64,000 bases of DNA from Camelus ferus (taxonomy: Eukaryota), in the NCBI RefSeq assembly GCF_009834535.1, contig NC_045696.1, forward strand, positions 70,496,001 to 70,560,000. Direction: 5' to 3'. The notes under the pieces were generated by a model that was not told the origin of the DNA, made no database searches, and was given only the letters and a program-made list of their open reading frames with translations. The position numbers were made by a program, and so were the translations under genes. Of this stretch, positions 1-11,720 are shown piece by piece. The first letter of the stretch is position 1. Each line of letters begins with the position of its first letter.

Positions 1-532
1 TTACTAATTTCATCATCTCCTTGGATTAGTACCACAGTAGCACTTAAAAAAACATTTAAACTTTCCTTCTCACACCTCCAGGAAATTTATTTAAAACTAA
101 ACACTTCAAATGAGTTTAAAAGGTAGTAAATTTAGAAGTGGGCTGTGAACTAGGTGTTTGCTTTGAAAAGTAAAGCTATCAATCTACAGCATGGAATAAG
201 GAATAAGAAGGAGTGAAGCTAGCCACAGGCAGGGGAAGCCAGATGGTCACCAAATTTCTTCCTGAAACACGTCCTCATGGCATGCCTCCACTATTTTATT
301 TCCACTGACAGCTCATCATGTATGCTCATGTTCAAATGAAAAGTACTCCCTCAAGATGAAATCAGTTTTCTGAACACATATTTGGAATAATCTCAGTAAC
401 TGTTACTCCTGCTAAAATTAAAAATCAAGAGCTGACTGTACTATTTGGATATCATGGGCCAGTTTCTTAACCTCAGTTTATTTCCTTTGATATCTCATCT
501 ATGTATCATAAAAAGCAATTTTATTAACATAC

Positions 533-579
533 CTTGGATCAAGAAGACTCCTCAAAAATTTGAAAAGCAAAACCTGGTT
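533..579 (-). CDS. VPS8: VPS8 coding exon (NQVLLFKFLRSLLDP + AG), 47 nt
   Basis: attcag|AAC CAG...CCA AG|gtatgt; phase 0-2. Confidence 0.93.
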
Positions 580-1977
580 CTGAATAGAAAAACAATAAAA
601 AATACAATTAAATATTAAAACAAATTCTTCAAACTATGCTATGGTAAAGAACAACTCTAGAATATCCCTTTTAAAAGCACACATGCGTATGATTATTTCC
701 ATTATGCTCTCTGTACAGATCTAAGAAATTCTCAATAATCATTTGGAGGTCATTTCCTCTCAGTAATTCTAATCACTGTCACATATTCAATTTTAAGTGC
801 AGAAGAAATACAAACACCTTATTATTGCGGGGGTCAGGGTGGAAGAAAGCTCTCCACTGAGACACATTCCTTAATGGTTCCCAGCATGAGGACCCTTGGA
901 ATGGCAGGTGCTCTGAACTGCTCTGGCTGCACCAATGGGTTTACAGTGCCTCACCTAGTCCTTCTTGTGACAAAGGCCTACTATGAGATAGTAAATCTAG
1001 TTGGGGTGGGAGGTTAAGGCCCAAATAACAAACATCACCTAAAAAGCTTATTAACTCCCCAATATAATCAATTACAGAAGAGACAACAAACTGCAACAGG
1101 TCAGCAATTAACATGCCATAAAATCTGTTTCTTCCACTTTACTACACGAATATTAATATTTCTAAGTTCATAGGAAAGCTAAGCAAAAATTATTATAGTT
1201 TAATTTTCCTTTTTTCTTTATTTTTTTGACACATTCAAACTTTACCTATAAAAAACAGGGGACCTCAAAACCGGAAAGGATTAACATTTAGAATGTAACA
1301 TTTTAAATACATTTATCAGTCTTTGATTATTTATCTTTTCCCTGGCCTATCAAGTTCTATTTTTACATAACTTTCCTTCTGGTTATAATGTAATATTCTG
1401 GCTTATTTTTCACTTGAAGAATTCTGAAAACAATTGTTCAGAGGCATATTTCTTGCCATCAAAAGTAAAGGCACTTTATAAAATTTGTGTGGGATTCTCA
1501 TATAATCAATAAAGCTCTGCAATAAATACTTAATTTCTTTAAAAGAAATGCATAAGACTCTACAAAGAGTCCACAGTCACAGAGCCAAAAATTTTTGTCT
1601 GTTTTAAATCCACAACACTTCCAGCTTTTATATATCTGTCTAATGAATGACATTATATTCATTTAAATGACCTCTCTGTCTCTAAATATTTTTAAAGATT
1701 ATAGGAAAAAGAAAATCGTGCAATGGATAACCTTACATTTTAAACAATAATAACACTAGAGTTGAGAAGATTCATCAGAACCGCTGATTTTTAAAGGAGT
1801 GGGGAAGCTTTGTGGGTTGAGAGCAGTTTTAGCAGAAACGTCCTCCTGTCCCCACCTCACTAGAATGGACCCCTCAGGATCCTGGGCAGTGAGTGCTCTA
1901 CCATCATTCAAGTCACACTATTCTTCACTTATCTTTTGGCTTATCTGTCTTCTTCCATGAGCACAGGGGTACATTTA

Positions 1978-2834
1978 TAGTTAAGCCTTAAACAACACAG
2001 ATTTGAACTGAGTGGGTCGACTTACATGTGAATGTTTTTCACTAAATATACTGGAAAAAATTTGGAAGATTTGCAACAATTTGAAAAAACTTGTAGGTGA
2101 ACCCCATAGCCTATAAATAAAGTAAAAAATTAAAAGTAAAAAAATATATATATACCCCTTTTTCTCTCTCTCTTAATTAGAGAAACTGTGTTATCAGATG
2201 GTTTTCTAAAAAATGTAACAAAGTTTCCAATACTGTATTATGAATAAGACTGTAATACTGTGTGCCATAACAAACTTTATAATAATTCATTCATTAGTGT
2301 GTAAGCTAGGCTACCATGAAGCTACTGTATCGATTGCCCTGGGCTACCATAAAGCCATCATACTGCTGCTTTTTCATTATCAATGCATGAATTGTTATAC
2401 CTGTAAATAAATATGAATTTCTTTTTCACATTATCTTTTCACCTTGGATGTCTAGTGTTACTAATATGTATAACATCTACAGTGTTTTGTATCAGGCAAT
2501 ATTGATATAGGGACTGACAAATGATTCATCTTGTAAACAGATGATGAAACTTATGGTACTGATAAACACAGTTCAGTACTATAAATGTATTTTCTCTTCC
2601 TTATGATTTTCTTAATATGTTTTTCTTTTCTCTGGCTCACTTTATTGTAAGAATACAGTATATAATACATGTAACATACAAAGCATGTATTAATTGACTA
2701 TTCACTGATAAGGCTTCCAGTCAACAGTAGGCTATTAGTAGTTAAGTTTTTGGTAAGACAAAAGTTATAGGAGGATTTTTTTTACTGCACCCAGGTCGGC
2801 AACCCTAACCCTCACATTGTTCAAGGGTCAACTG
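1978..2834. mobile_element. Tigger2-family (TcMar) internally deleted DNA transposon
   Basis: Degenerate terminal inverted repeats tagttaagccttaaacaac / gttcaagggtcaactg, each flanked by TA. They resemble the CAGTTGACCCTTGAACAAC Tigger2/MER8 termini. Confidence 0.8.
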
Positions 2835-2849
2835 TATATGTTTTTGCAG

Positions 2850-3700
2850 CCTCAACACTTCATCTGTGTGCTTTTGGCCCAGAGCAGGTACACAAATATT
2901 TACTGAATTAATGGATGAGTATTTATCTTGAGTTAATGGACTTCATCACGCTGGACAACCAACCCTATATCTGGGAGTCATTTTTAACTTCACTCATCAT
3001 GTTGAACTAATTTCCAAGCCATGTACATTTTACTTTACAAACCTATTTTGGAACTGTCCTCTCCACTATCACTGCCTTCATCCTGTCCTTACCATATTCT
3101 ACCAAGACCTTTTGTCTTTTAAGTGTTCTAACTGGTCTCTCCTCCATTTGCTCTTTGCCAGTCCATTCTCTACACTACAGAGTTAATTTTCTATAAAATG
3201 AATCTAATGGTATCGTTCCTTTGCCTAAAAAACTAGTAATTCTCCAGTACACATAAGATTCAGTATATTATTTTTTAGCATTACATATAAGATTGTTCAG
3301 TGTAAGCCCCAAAACTCTATTTTCCAGTCTCTATACCTTTAACTCCTCCCCTCTGACATACCTTTTATAGTTTAATCTAATAATGCTTTGTCTACTATTG
3401 TCCCCACCACGTCATTCTCTGAATATGCATGTTGCTTCGTGCCTGTAAGTCTTTACATACCCAGAACTCCTTCCCAATTCTCTGCCTAGAAAACTGATAC
3501 CAATTATTTAAGCCAGTTCATGCATATCTGGGAACTCTTATCTGACTTCTCTTTCTCACACAGAACTCTTGTTCCTACAGTACTTTTTTACATGTTTGGT
3601 ATAGAGCTTTTAACACTGTGCTGTGGTTAAATAGGTGCTTCTCTGTTCCATAAGAAAAATTAAAGAAAACACTGTATTCTTATTTGTGCCCCTCAGAGAC
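2850..3700 (+). mobile_element. Old L2 fragments
   Basis: L2-like motifs such as ccattctctacactacagagttaattttctataaaatgaatct; highly diverged, boundaries approximate. Confidence 0.5.
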
Positions 3701-4304
3701 TACCATACTGTGGTACATGGTGGGGCAGCAGTCGTGTGTAAATGAATGAACTCCGTATCTTTGTCTTTTATACCAGCTGCCTCCCACTCACTGCTCTGGT
3801 TTCCATCTTGCATCCTATCTCTAACGACTATTATTGCCACTTGGGGACCCTGGGTTGTGCTACACGCCCCCGTCATTGTCCTAGTCCCTGTCTCTCTCAC
3901 TTGTGGCCATAACGGTAGTGGGCAAAACATTGTACTAGCACTGCCATGGCAGTGATAAGTGGAATACTAGGTCCATCATATAGAGCTTCAAACTGAGCAT
4001 CTCAATATTCAACGTTAATATAGCTGCATTCTAGTTAAGACTTTACAAGAAAAATTCTAAGTAGTCATCATTAACCCAATTTGAGGATGGCAGAAGTCTG
4101 AATAAATAACATGAAACCCAAAGAGAATACACTTGCAGCTACTATAGCAAAGGATATGGGGAGGTGGGGCGGGGGAGGGGGAATCCTCTGTGGATTATGA
4201 TTTCTAAGTTATAGTTTCAAAAATGTTTCTGTGTTGTTAATATTTCTTATGCACAAAGAGGAATTCCCTCATTTCCAGACTCAGAGATCCATAACTGCTT
4301 CCAA

Positions 4305-4305
<1 letters not shown>

Positions 4306-4337
<32 letters not shown>
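4306..4337. repeat. (CA)n microsatellite
   Basis: About 15 perfect CA units. Confidence 0.95.
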
Positions 4338-4339
<2 letters not shown>

Positions 4340-4467
4340 GTATAGAAACTGCTATTAAAAGGCAACTATCAATTGAAAAAATTATTACAATCTAAAGTTC
4401 TTAAGCGGATATTCAATAATTCTCTCTCCACTAGATGTTTCTTTCCAATATGTTCTGCAAAATTTAC

Positions 4468-4557
4468 CTGAAGTTTTTTAATGACTGTTTCAATCTGTTC
4501 AGAAAAGTGAGTAGCAACCAGCTCTGCAGCTTTACAAGGCTTCAGGGACACAAGTTC
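4468..4557 (-). CDS. VPS8: VPS8 coding exon (ELVSLKPCKAAELVATHFSEQIETVIKKLQ), 90 nt
   Basis: ttccag|GAA CTT...CTT CAG|gtaaat; overlaps ORF 4369..4551. Confidence 0.95.
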
Positions 4558-5369
4558 CTGGAATGAAAGAAAAAGATGAAACGATCTTTAACGTTAAATA
4601 TAAATAGAATTTCCACAGATGTGAAGCATGATCATCTACCTCAAAATTTTCATGAGCTTCTACATTGCATTTCAGGAGACCTCAATATAGGGCCTCAATT
4701 TTAATTAAAGGCATATTGCAAATAAGCAAAAGATTAAAAGTACCAAGTGAAAAATCAGATTCTGATACAAAAGGTAATTCAGAATTCTTAGAAAATGAAA
4801 GCACTAAAATTCTAGATTTAGGCTATGATCTCCACAGGATGAAAAGAAGGAACAACATCTTCCCAAATTCTCTGCCAGTGAATTTCACCCTTGAGCTTAA
4901 AGTAACAACTTGAAGAAATGAAAAAAAGAATATAGTTCTGATTTCTCTGGCTAAGAATTCTGCAATTTTACTTCTGATACCTGGTGGATTTTGAAACCAG
5001 AAGTGTCTTAAGAAATGAACTTAAGGTCATAAATCTAAGAGGTTGGCCACTCTTCATAAGACCTATTTCTGTCAAATCTAAGACTTCCAATCTGCCCTCT
5101 TCTTGAACTTTCCTAAATACTATTGGCTAGCCTTTCTTCTTGAAACTCTCTTCTTTCTTGGTTTCTGTGACCCTATTCTACCTCTTCAAGTGCATGTTCC
5201 ATTGCTAAAATGCAAAGGTGAGCTACAGATCAACATATATTGTCAAATAAAAATAAGACAAGTTATTGTGGCTACAAATTTTGTGATATATTAGTAATTT
5301 TGTGATAGTATTTGTAGATGAATAATAATTAGCTGACACAAATAACTGTAGTTTATACCACTTTTATAC

Positions 5370-6302
5370 AATACATCTCAAAACAGAGAAGGTAATATCA
5401 CAAATGAAAAAGAAAATGTTACCACTGATCTTCGGACGTTAAAAAGAAACCGTTGTGAATTAATTTATGTCGAGAATTTGAAAATTTAAACGAAATAGTT
5501 ATAGTCCTAGAAAAATATAATTTACTAAAGTGATGTAAGAAATAGAAAACCTCCATTAATTTTTAACCACTAGAGGAACTGAATAGTTAAGAATCTTCCC
5601 ATATAAACATTCTGGGCCCAAATAGCTTCACTGGTAAGTTCTAGCAATCATTTAAGGAAGAAATATTTCCAACATTAAATCTCTTATAGAGAATAGAAAA
5701 GAAGAAACTTTTTCAACTCATTGTATGAGACTAACAAAATTTTGATACCTAAACCCAACAGAACAATGTAAGAAAGAAAAGGAAAATTAAAGATCAGTCT
5801 TAATCGTGAGCACTGACACAAACATCCTAAATAAAAACAAAATCCAACAATGTATAAAAAAGGTAATATATTAGCATCAAGTTACAGTATCCACAGAGTT
5901 CAAGGCTTGTTTAATATCAATAAAATTTATGACAAAAATACAATAAGGGAGAAAAGGTGATAAAATTTATTCATGAGAAAACTGTTAGCATACTAGAAAT
6001 AGAACACTTCCACAAAAATTATATAGTAAATATTGTACATTAGAAATAAAAATTTTTTAAATATTAACAATAGCACTATTGTGCTAAAAATATAAAGTTG
6101 TGATAGTAAATCTAACAGTCTAGAGATGAAAAATCTCTACCAAATGGTCATTAAATAGAAGACTCACAATGTAAAGATGTCAATTTAAATTAAAACTGAT
6201 TGATAGATTCAATGTAATCCCTATCAGAATCCCTATCAGAATCATAAGGTTAAAAAAAATTTTGGGTGTAACTTGACAAGCTGATTCTAAAATATATTTG
6301 GA
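5370..6302 (+). mobile_element. Ancient L1 (L1M-type) ORF2 fragment, interrupted by the younger L1 insertion
   Basis: Degenerate ORF2 motifs (ctgggcccaaatagcttcactggtaagttc; gattcaatgtaatccctatc; acttgacaagctgattctaaaat). The element continues at 10221. Confidence 0.75.
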
Positions 6303-9300
6303 GAGAGAAGCAAGATGGCGGAGTAGGACGCTTGTAGCTCACCCTCTCCCACAAATACACCAAAACTCACATCTACGGATCTACTCAGCCAACCAGAGCA
6401 CCTGCCGAACTCCGACAGAACATCTCCCTCTTCGAAAGACAAAGACGCCAAAAATCTGGTAGGAGAAAAGGGAAAAAGAAAGAAGAAAAAGCAAAACAGT
6501 GCGGGACCGATCCGGCGGGGAGGGAGCGGCAAAGAAGGACTGGCACTTGTTCACTGGGTCTCCCCCCTCCAGCAGAGAGGCCAGCAGGATGAAGGGGGAG
6601 CCTCCGAGGTTCAGATCCACCCTGAGCACTCCTTGACCGACAGAACTGAGTTAAATGGGCATGGAGGGTCCCCATGACACCCAGCCCGAGACGCGAGCCG
6701 GCAGCTGGGGGCCGGGACAGGCTGCCCGAGCTGGGCGGAGCACAGGGGCGGCTGCACTGAGGCAGCCGCAGGTGACTGCAGGGTGCTGAGTGCCGTGGCT
6801 GGGAGGGGATACAGAGCAGAACAACCTCAGTCCCCCATAAATTGCAAAAAAAGCAAAGCAATATAGCTAGTGTGCCCTGGGGGGAAGGGTGTCGTAGCCT
6901 TTTCTCTCCTCAGACCTGCGCTGCCATTATTGACGCTTCTCACAAGAAGAGAGAAGAGGGGCAGGGCGCAGCCACAGCCACCATTTCCTCCTGTGCGCAG
7001 CACCCAGGCCGGGGTGGGGCTGAGACCCGAATCCACACCTGGCGGCTCTGCAACCTTCTAGGCAGGACTGAGACTTGTTTACAGGCCGAGGCAGATAGGA
7101 TCTTTCTGCCCTGGCACCTCAGAGAACTTGTGCCGCCAAGACAAACAAGGAGCTGAGATTTGGCACGGAGCAGGAGCGGGACCATTCTGCGGTCTTCCCC
7201 CGAGCCTGCCTTTGGGGTGCCGACCTGAGGCAGAGCAGGCAGCTGCACAGAGCAGCGGAGCGACCGGCGCCAGGGAGAGGGCAGACAGCCACCCCACTTC
7301 CTGGCAGGAACGCAGCACCTGACCACAGTGCTGGGAGGGGGCGCTATCTGCCAACCTGCCTTGCCCGAGGGCAGCATCTGACTGCGGCATTGGGAGGGGG
7401 AGTGACCTGCCCGCCCACTCGGTAAGAGCTCAGCTCCTGACCCAGTGTTGGGAGGGGGTGCGATCTGCTAGCCAACAGCCACTGGGAGCAGCACAGACGA
7501 GGGCGCCAACAGAAGGCCTCTGGAAACAGCAAGCTGAGTTCGCGAAACAGGGTGAAGACACAAAGACCTCTCGAAAAAATCATTAAGAGCACACCCATCT
7601 CCAGGAGAACTAGATAACTGATACTCCTTAAGCCACAGTGCCAGAGAGATATGAGCAATATGAAGCAGCAGAGGAACCACTCCCAATTAAAAGATCAAGA
7701 GAAATCCCCTGAAAGCATGATCAAGGAAATAGACATTGATGGCCTACTAGATCAAGATTTCAAAAAAGGAGTGATCAAAGTACTGAAGGAACTACAAGAA
7801 ATAGTGTTTAGAGATATAAAATATGTCAAAAATGAAATAGAACCTATAAAGAACCAAATAGAATTAGTAAACTCATTTGCTGCGATGAGAGCTGAACTAA
7901 AGGCTGTACAGAGCAGGCTAGATAATGCAGAGGAACAAATAAGTGACCTAGAAGACAGGACAACAGAAAGCACCCAATCAGAACAGCTGAGAGAAAAACA
8001 AATAAAAAACAATGAAAACAATATAAGGGACCTATGGGATAATATAAAGCATGCCAATCTGTACATAATAGGGGTTCCAGAAGGGGAAGAAAGAACACAG
8101 GGGATTGAAAAAGTATTTGAAGAAATCATGACTGAAAACTTCCCAAACCTAAAGAAGGAATCAGATATCCAAGTACAGGAAGCTCAGAGGGTCCCAAACA
8201 GACCCACACCAAGGCATATCATAATCAAGATGGCCAGAGTCAAGGATAAAGAAATGATCCTAAAGTCAGCAAGAGAAAAACAAAGAGTGAGTTACAAGGG
8301 AACCCCCATAAGGCTTTCAGCTGATTTCTCTACACAAACACTACAGGTCAGAAGGGAGTGGCAAGATATATTCAAAGTCCTGAATGAAAAACAGATGCAG
8401 CCTAGGATACTCTATCCAGCAAGGCTATCCTTTAGAATAGAAGGAGAGATAAAGAACTTCACAGACAAGTAAAAACTAAAAGAGTTTAGCAACACTAAAC
8501 CTATGCTAAAAGAAATATTGACAGGTCTACTCTAAATAGAAAAGAAGCAGGATGCTACAAAAACGAGAAACTCATAACTGGAAAGGAGATAACTGCCATG
8601 AATTACAAAAAGAATAAACACAAAATTGTAAAAGAAAGACAACTAAATCATTAAGAGTGGGAGAGGGAAGGAAGGAAAGCTCCTGTGGAAAACAATATGG
8701 AGATCTCTCAAAAGACTAGGAATAGACTTACCATATGACACAGGAATCCCATTCCTGGGCATATATCCAGAAGGAACCCTACTTCAAAATGACACCTGCA
8801 CCCCAATGTTCATAGCAGCATTATTTACAATAGCTAAGACGTGGAAACAGCCTAAATGTCCATCAACAGATGACTGAATAAAGAAGATGTGGTATATTTA
8901 CACGATGGAATACTATTCAGTCACAAAAACTGACAACATAACGCCATTTGCAGCAACATGGATGTTCCTGGAGAATGTCACTCTAAGTGAAGTAAGCCAG
9001 AAAGAGAAAGAAAAATACCATATGAGATCACTCATATGTGGAACCTAAAAAAAAGAACATAAATACAAAACAGAAACAGACTCACAGACATAGAATACAA
9101 ACTTGTGGTTGCCGAGGGGGCAGGGAGTGGGAAGGGACAGACTGGGATTTTAAAATGCAGAATAGATAAACAAGATTATACTGTATAGCACAGGGAAATG
9201 TATGTAAGATCTGTGGTAACTCATAGCGGAAAAAAAAAATGTGACAATGAATATATATATGTTCATGTATAACTGAAAAATTGTGTTCTACACTGGAATT

Positions 9301-9360
9301 TGACACAACATTGTAAAATGACTATTACTCAATAAAAAAAAAATGTAAAAAAAAAAAAAA
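6303..9360 (+). mobile_element. Young L1 with CpG-rich 5'UTR, ORF1, nearly all of ORF2 deleted, 3' end and poly(A)
   Basis: Starts gagagaagcaagatggcgg. ORF1 is at 7651. At about 8679 it jumps to the ORF2 C-terminus/3'UTR. AATAAA plus an A-tract follow at about 9331-9360. Confidence 0.93.
7651..8535 (+). pseudogene. L1 ORF1p with a premature TAA at 8470-8472 and the natural stop at 8533-8535
   Basis: Coiled-coil and RRM motifs (LWDNIKHANLYIIGVPEGEE, ENFPNL, PRHIIIK, YPARLSF). The frame continues KLKEFSNTKPMLKEILTGLL* after the internal stop. Confidence 0.92.
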
Positions 9361-10206
9361 GAATAGGCCAAAAAAAAAGAGAGCCATATAAGTAATTTTG
9401 AAGAGCCATGTTTTTAATGAATACTTTAAATATAAAGTCAAAATAGAACTATACATACAATTGTGCTCTAGTTAACAAACTTTTTGCTCACATTAATACG
9501 AGTCAGCAGTTCTGAATATGTGTGTATACTAGGTTGAACAAATAATTTTAAAAGGATATAAACATAGATAGGTATTGGGAGTCAGGTTTCTCATGCCAAA
9601 AATAGTTACAATAAGCAAACTGTAAGGCTAGAATGAAAGCTGTGTAACTGACTTTGAGTTGGAGATGTCAGAATGAACTCATATTAAGAGACAGGTTGAT
9701 AGATAATAGATAGGGTTAAATAGGTAGATAGATGGATAGACTGCAACTATATGTTTTATATGTAGATATATAAACTCATATATATATATACACACATATG
9801 TATGTATATATATACACATACATATATTTTGTAACACCTTTTACTGACAGGGTCAAAAGTGGTAACAAGGTGACAATCAATAGCAATAATCATAATAAAT
9901 GTACAGTCTTAGATTTTAAATACTATTCTCTAATAAAAGGAATTAGGCCTCTCTGGAGAAATGACTGATTCTAGGGCCAAGGCAACATATAGATAAGATA
10001 ACCCTGAAGCACCTTGTGATGCTAAAATAAAAACAACATCAATAAAAAGATGAGGCACATGAGAAAGTCACAAGAGCTAAGTGAAAGAGCTCCCAATGAA
10101 CAAACTGGCACAATTTTAGTAAATAAACATCTATAGTATTGCAGTACTTCACAATAACTCAGAGAAATACATATATATATATATATATATATAAAATAAA
10201 TAAAAT
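9361..10206 (+). mobile_element. Putative L1 3'-transduced segment (old L1MC-like sequence plus AT repeats) ending in a second A-rich tail
   Basis: Lies between the L1 poly(A) and the right TSD copy aaaatatatttgga (10207-10220; left copy 6289-6302). Confidence 0.75.
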
Positions 10207-10220
10207 AAAATATATTTGGA

Positions 10221-11720
10221 AGTATCAAAGGTCAAGGATAGCCAATACTCTCTTAAAGATATCAAGACTTATTGTAAAGTGACAATATTTAGGATAGTGT
10301 GGTACTGAATGTGGAGACAAAGATTAATCACACAGAAGAGAGCCAAGAAACACAGACCAAGCATATAGATCCTTGATACACTTACGATAAGATAGCACTG
10401 CTGAGCAATGCGGCAGGGCAACCTTTTAAAATAACTGTTGCTGGGAGAACTAAGTGTCCATATTTTAAAAAATTAATTGGATCCCTGCCTCTAACTATAT
10501 ACAAAAACTGCTTTCAGATGGATCTAAGATTTAAAGATGAAAAAAAAAAAAAAGAAAACTTCTAGATAATAATATAGGAGGACTTCTCTTAGATATGGAA
10601 AGAACAAATTATTTTGACTACTTGAGAAAAAAACCTTTTCTTAAAAAGAACCATAGAAAAAAGCCACAGAGTAGAAGATATTTACAAGATATATCACTGA
10701 CAAAAAGACATCCAGGACACATAAGGAACTCCAACAAATCAAGGAGTACAGGAGACATTCCAACAGAAAAACGGGCAAAAGACTTGAACAAGCACATCAC
10801 AGAAAGGAAATTTAAATAGCCAACACATATAAAAAAGGCTATCAACCTCATTAGTAATTAAGGATATGTAAATTTAAAACATAATGAAATATCATTACAC
10901 ATACACTAGACTGACAAAATTTTAAAGTCTAGCAAGAATACAGAGCTAACAGAAAATCTCACACAATGCTGGCATGTGAAGTTTAAAGTATTTATCCCAG
11001 TTAACTGAGACAATCACAAAGATTATCCAATGCTAACATGCATCAAAATCACCAGGAAGGCTTGTTAAAATATATTGCTGGGCCCTGCCCCCAGAGCTTC
11101 TGGTTCAGAAGGTCTGAGATGAAGACGCAAACTGCATTTCTATCAGGTTCTCAGCTGATGCTGTATTGCTGGACTAGGGATCAAATTGAGAACCACTGTC
11201 CTAGAGAAACGCATGTGACTGTGCTCAAGATGCACACACAGGAATGATCATGAACATACTACTTTTAATAGTCAAAACTAGAAACAACTGCAATGCCCAT
11301 TAACAGCAGAATGCAGACACTGTGATATACTTGTAAAATTTAATACTATACAACAATAAAAATGAACCACAGCTATATACCACAAAATGTACAAATTCCT
11401 CAAAATATTGAGAAAAAAATACAGAGTATAACTTATAAAAAGTTCAGAAGCAGGCAAAATAAAAAAATACATTTTTAGGGATACAGGCAGGTGCAATAAC
11501 AGTGTATAAAAGGGCAAAAAATTATCAGAAGAACTAGGATTATGAATGTATTAGGGGAGGCAGAGAATTATGATCAGGAAAGGACATGTGGGATACAGTC
11601 CGGGGTATCTAAAGATAACTCTATTCCTGGGATGTTGGCTTTTTAATTTTTTACTAAACTGTACTTCAGTTTTATGCACTTTTTGGAGGTTTTTTATATT
11701 TCAAAGTAAGAAATATTTTA
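10221..11720 (+). mobile_element. Continuation of the ancient L1M ORF2/3' end, with MER5A nested in it
   Basis: tatcaagacttattgtaaag, aaacgggcaaaagacttgaacaagcac and aaaactagaaacaactgcaatgcccattaacag motifs. Confidence 0.7.
11020..11198 (+). mobile_element. MER5A (hAT-Charlie)
   Basis: gcatcaaaatcaccaggaaggcttgttaaaat...tgctgggccctgccccagagcttctggttcagaaggtctg...ttgagaaccactg. Confidence 0.8.

Noticed and set aside
4158..4181. G-quadruplex-like tract ggggaggtggggcgggggaggggg
   Set aside because: It is a short low-complexity run with no evidence of function.
6287..7686. Cluster of overlapping 60-160 aa ORFs on both strands
   Set aside because: They lie in the GC-rich L1 5'UTR, where stop codons are rare, and encode no recognisable protein.
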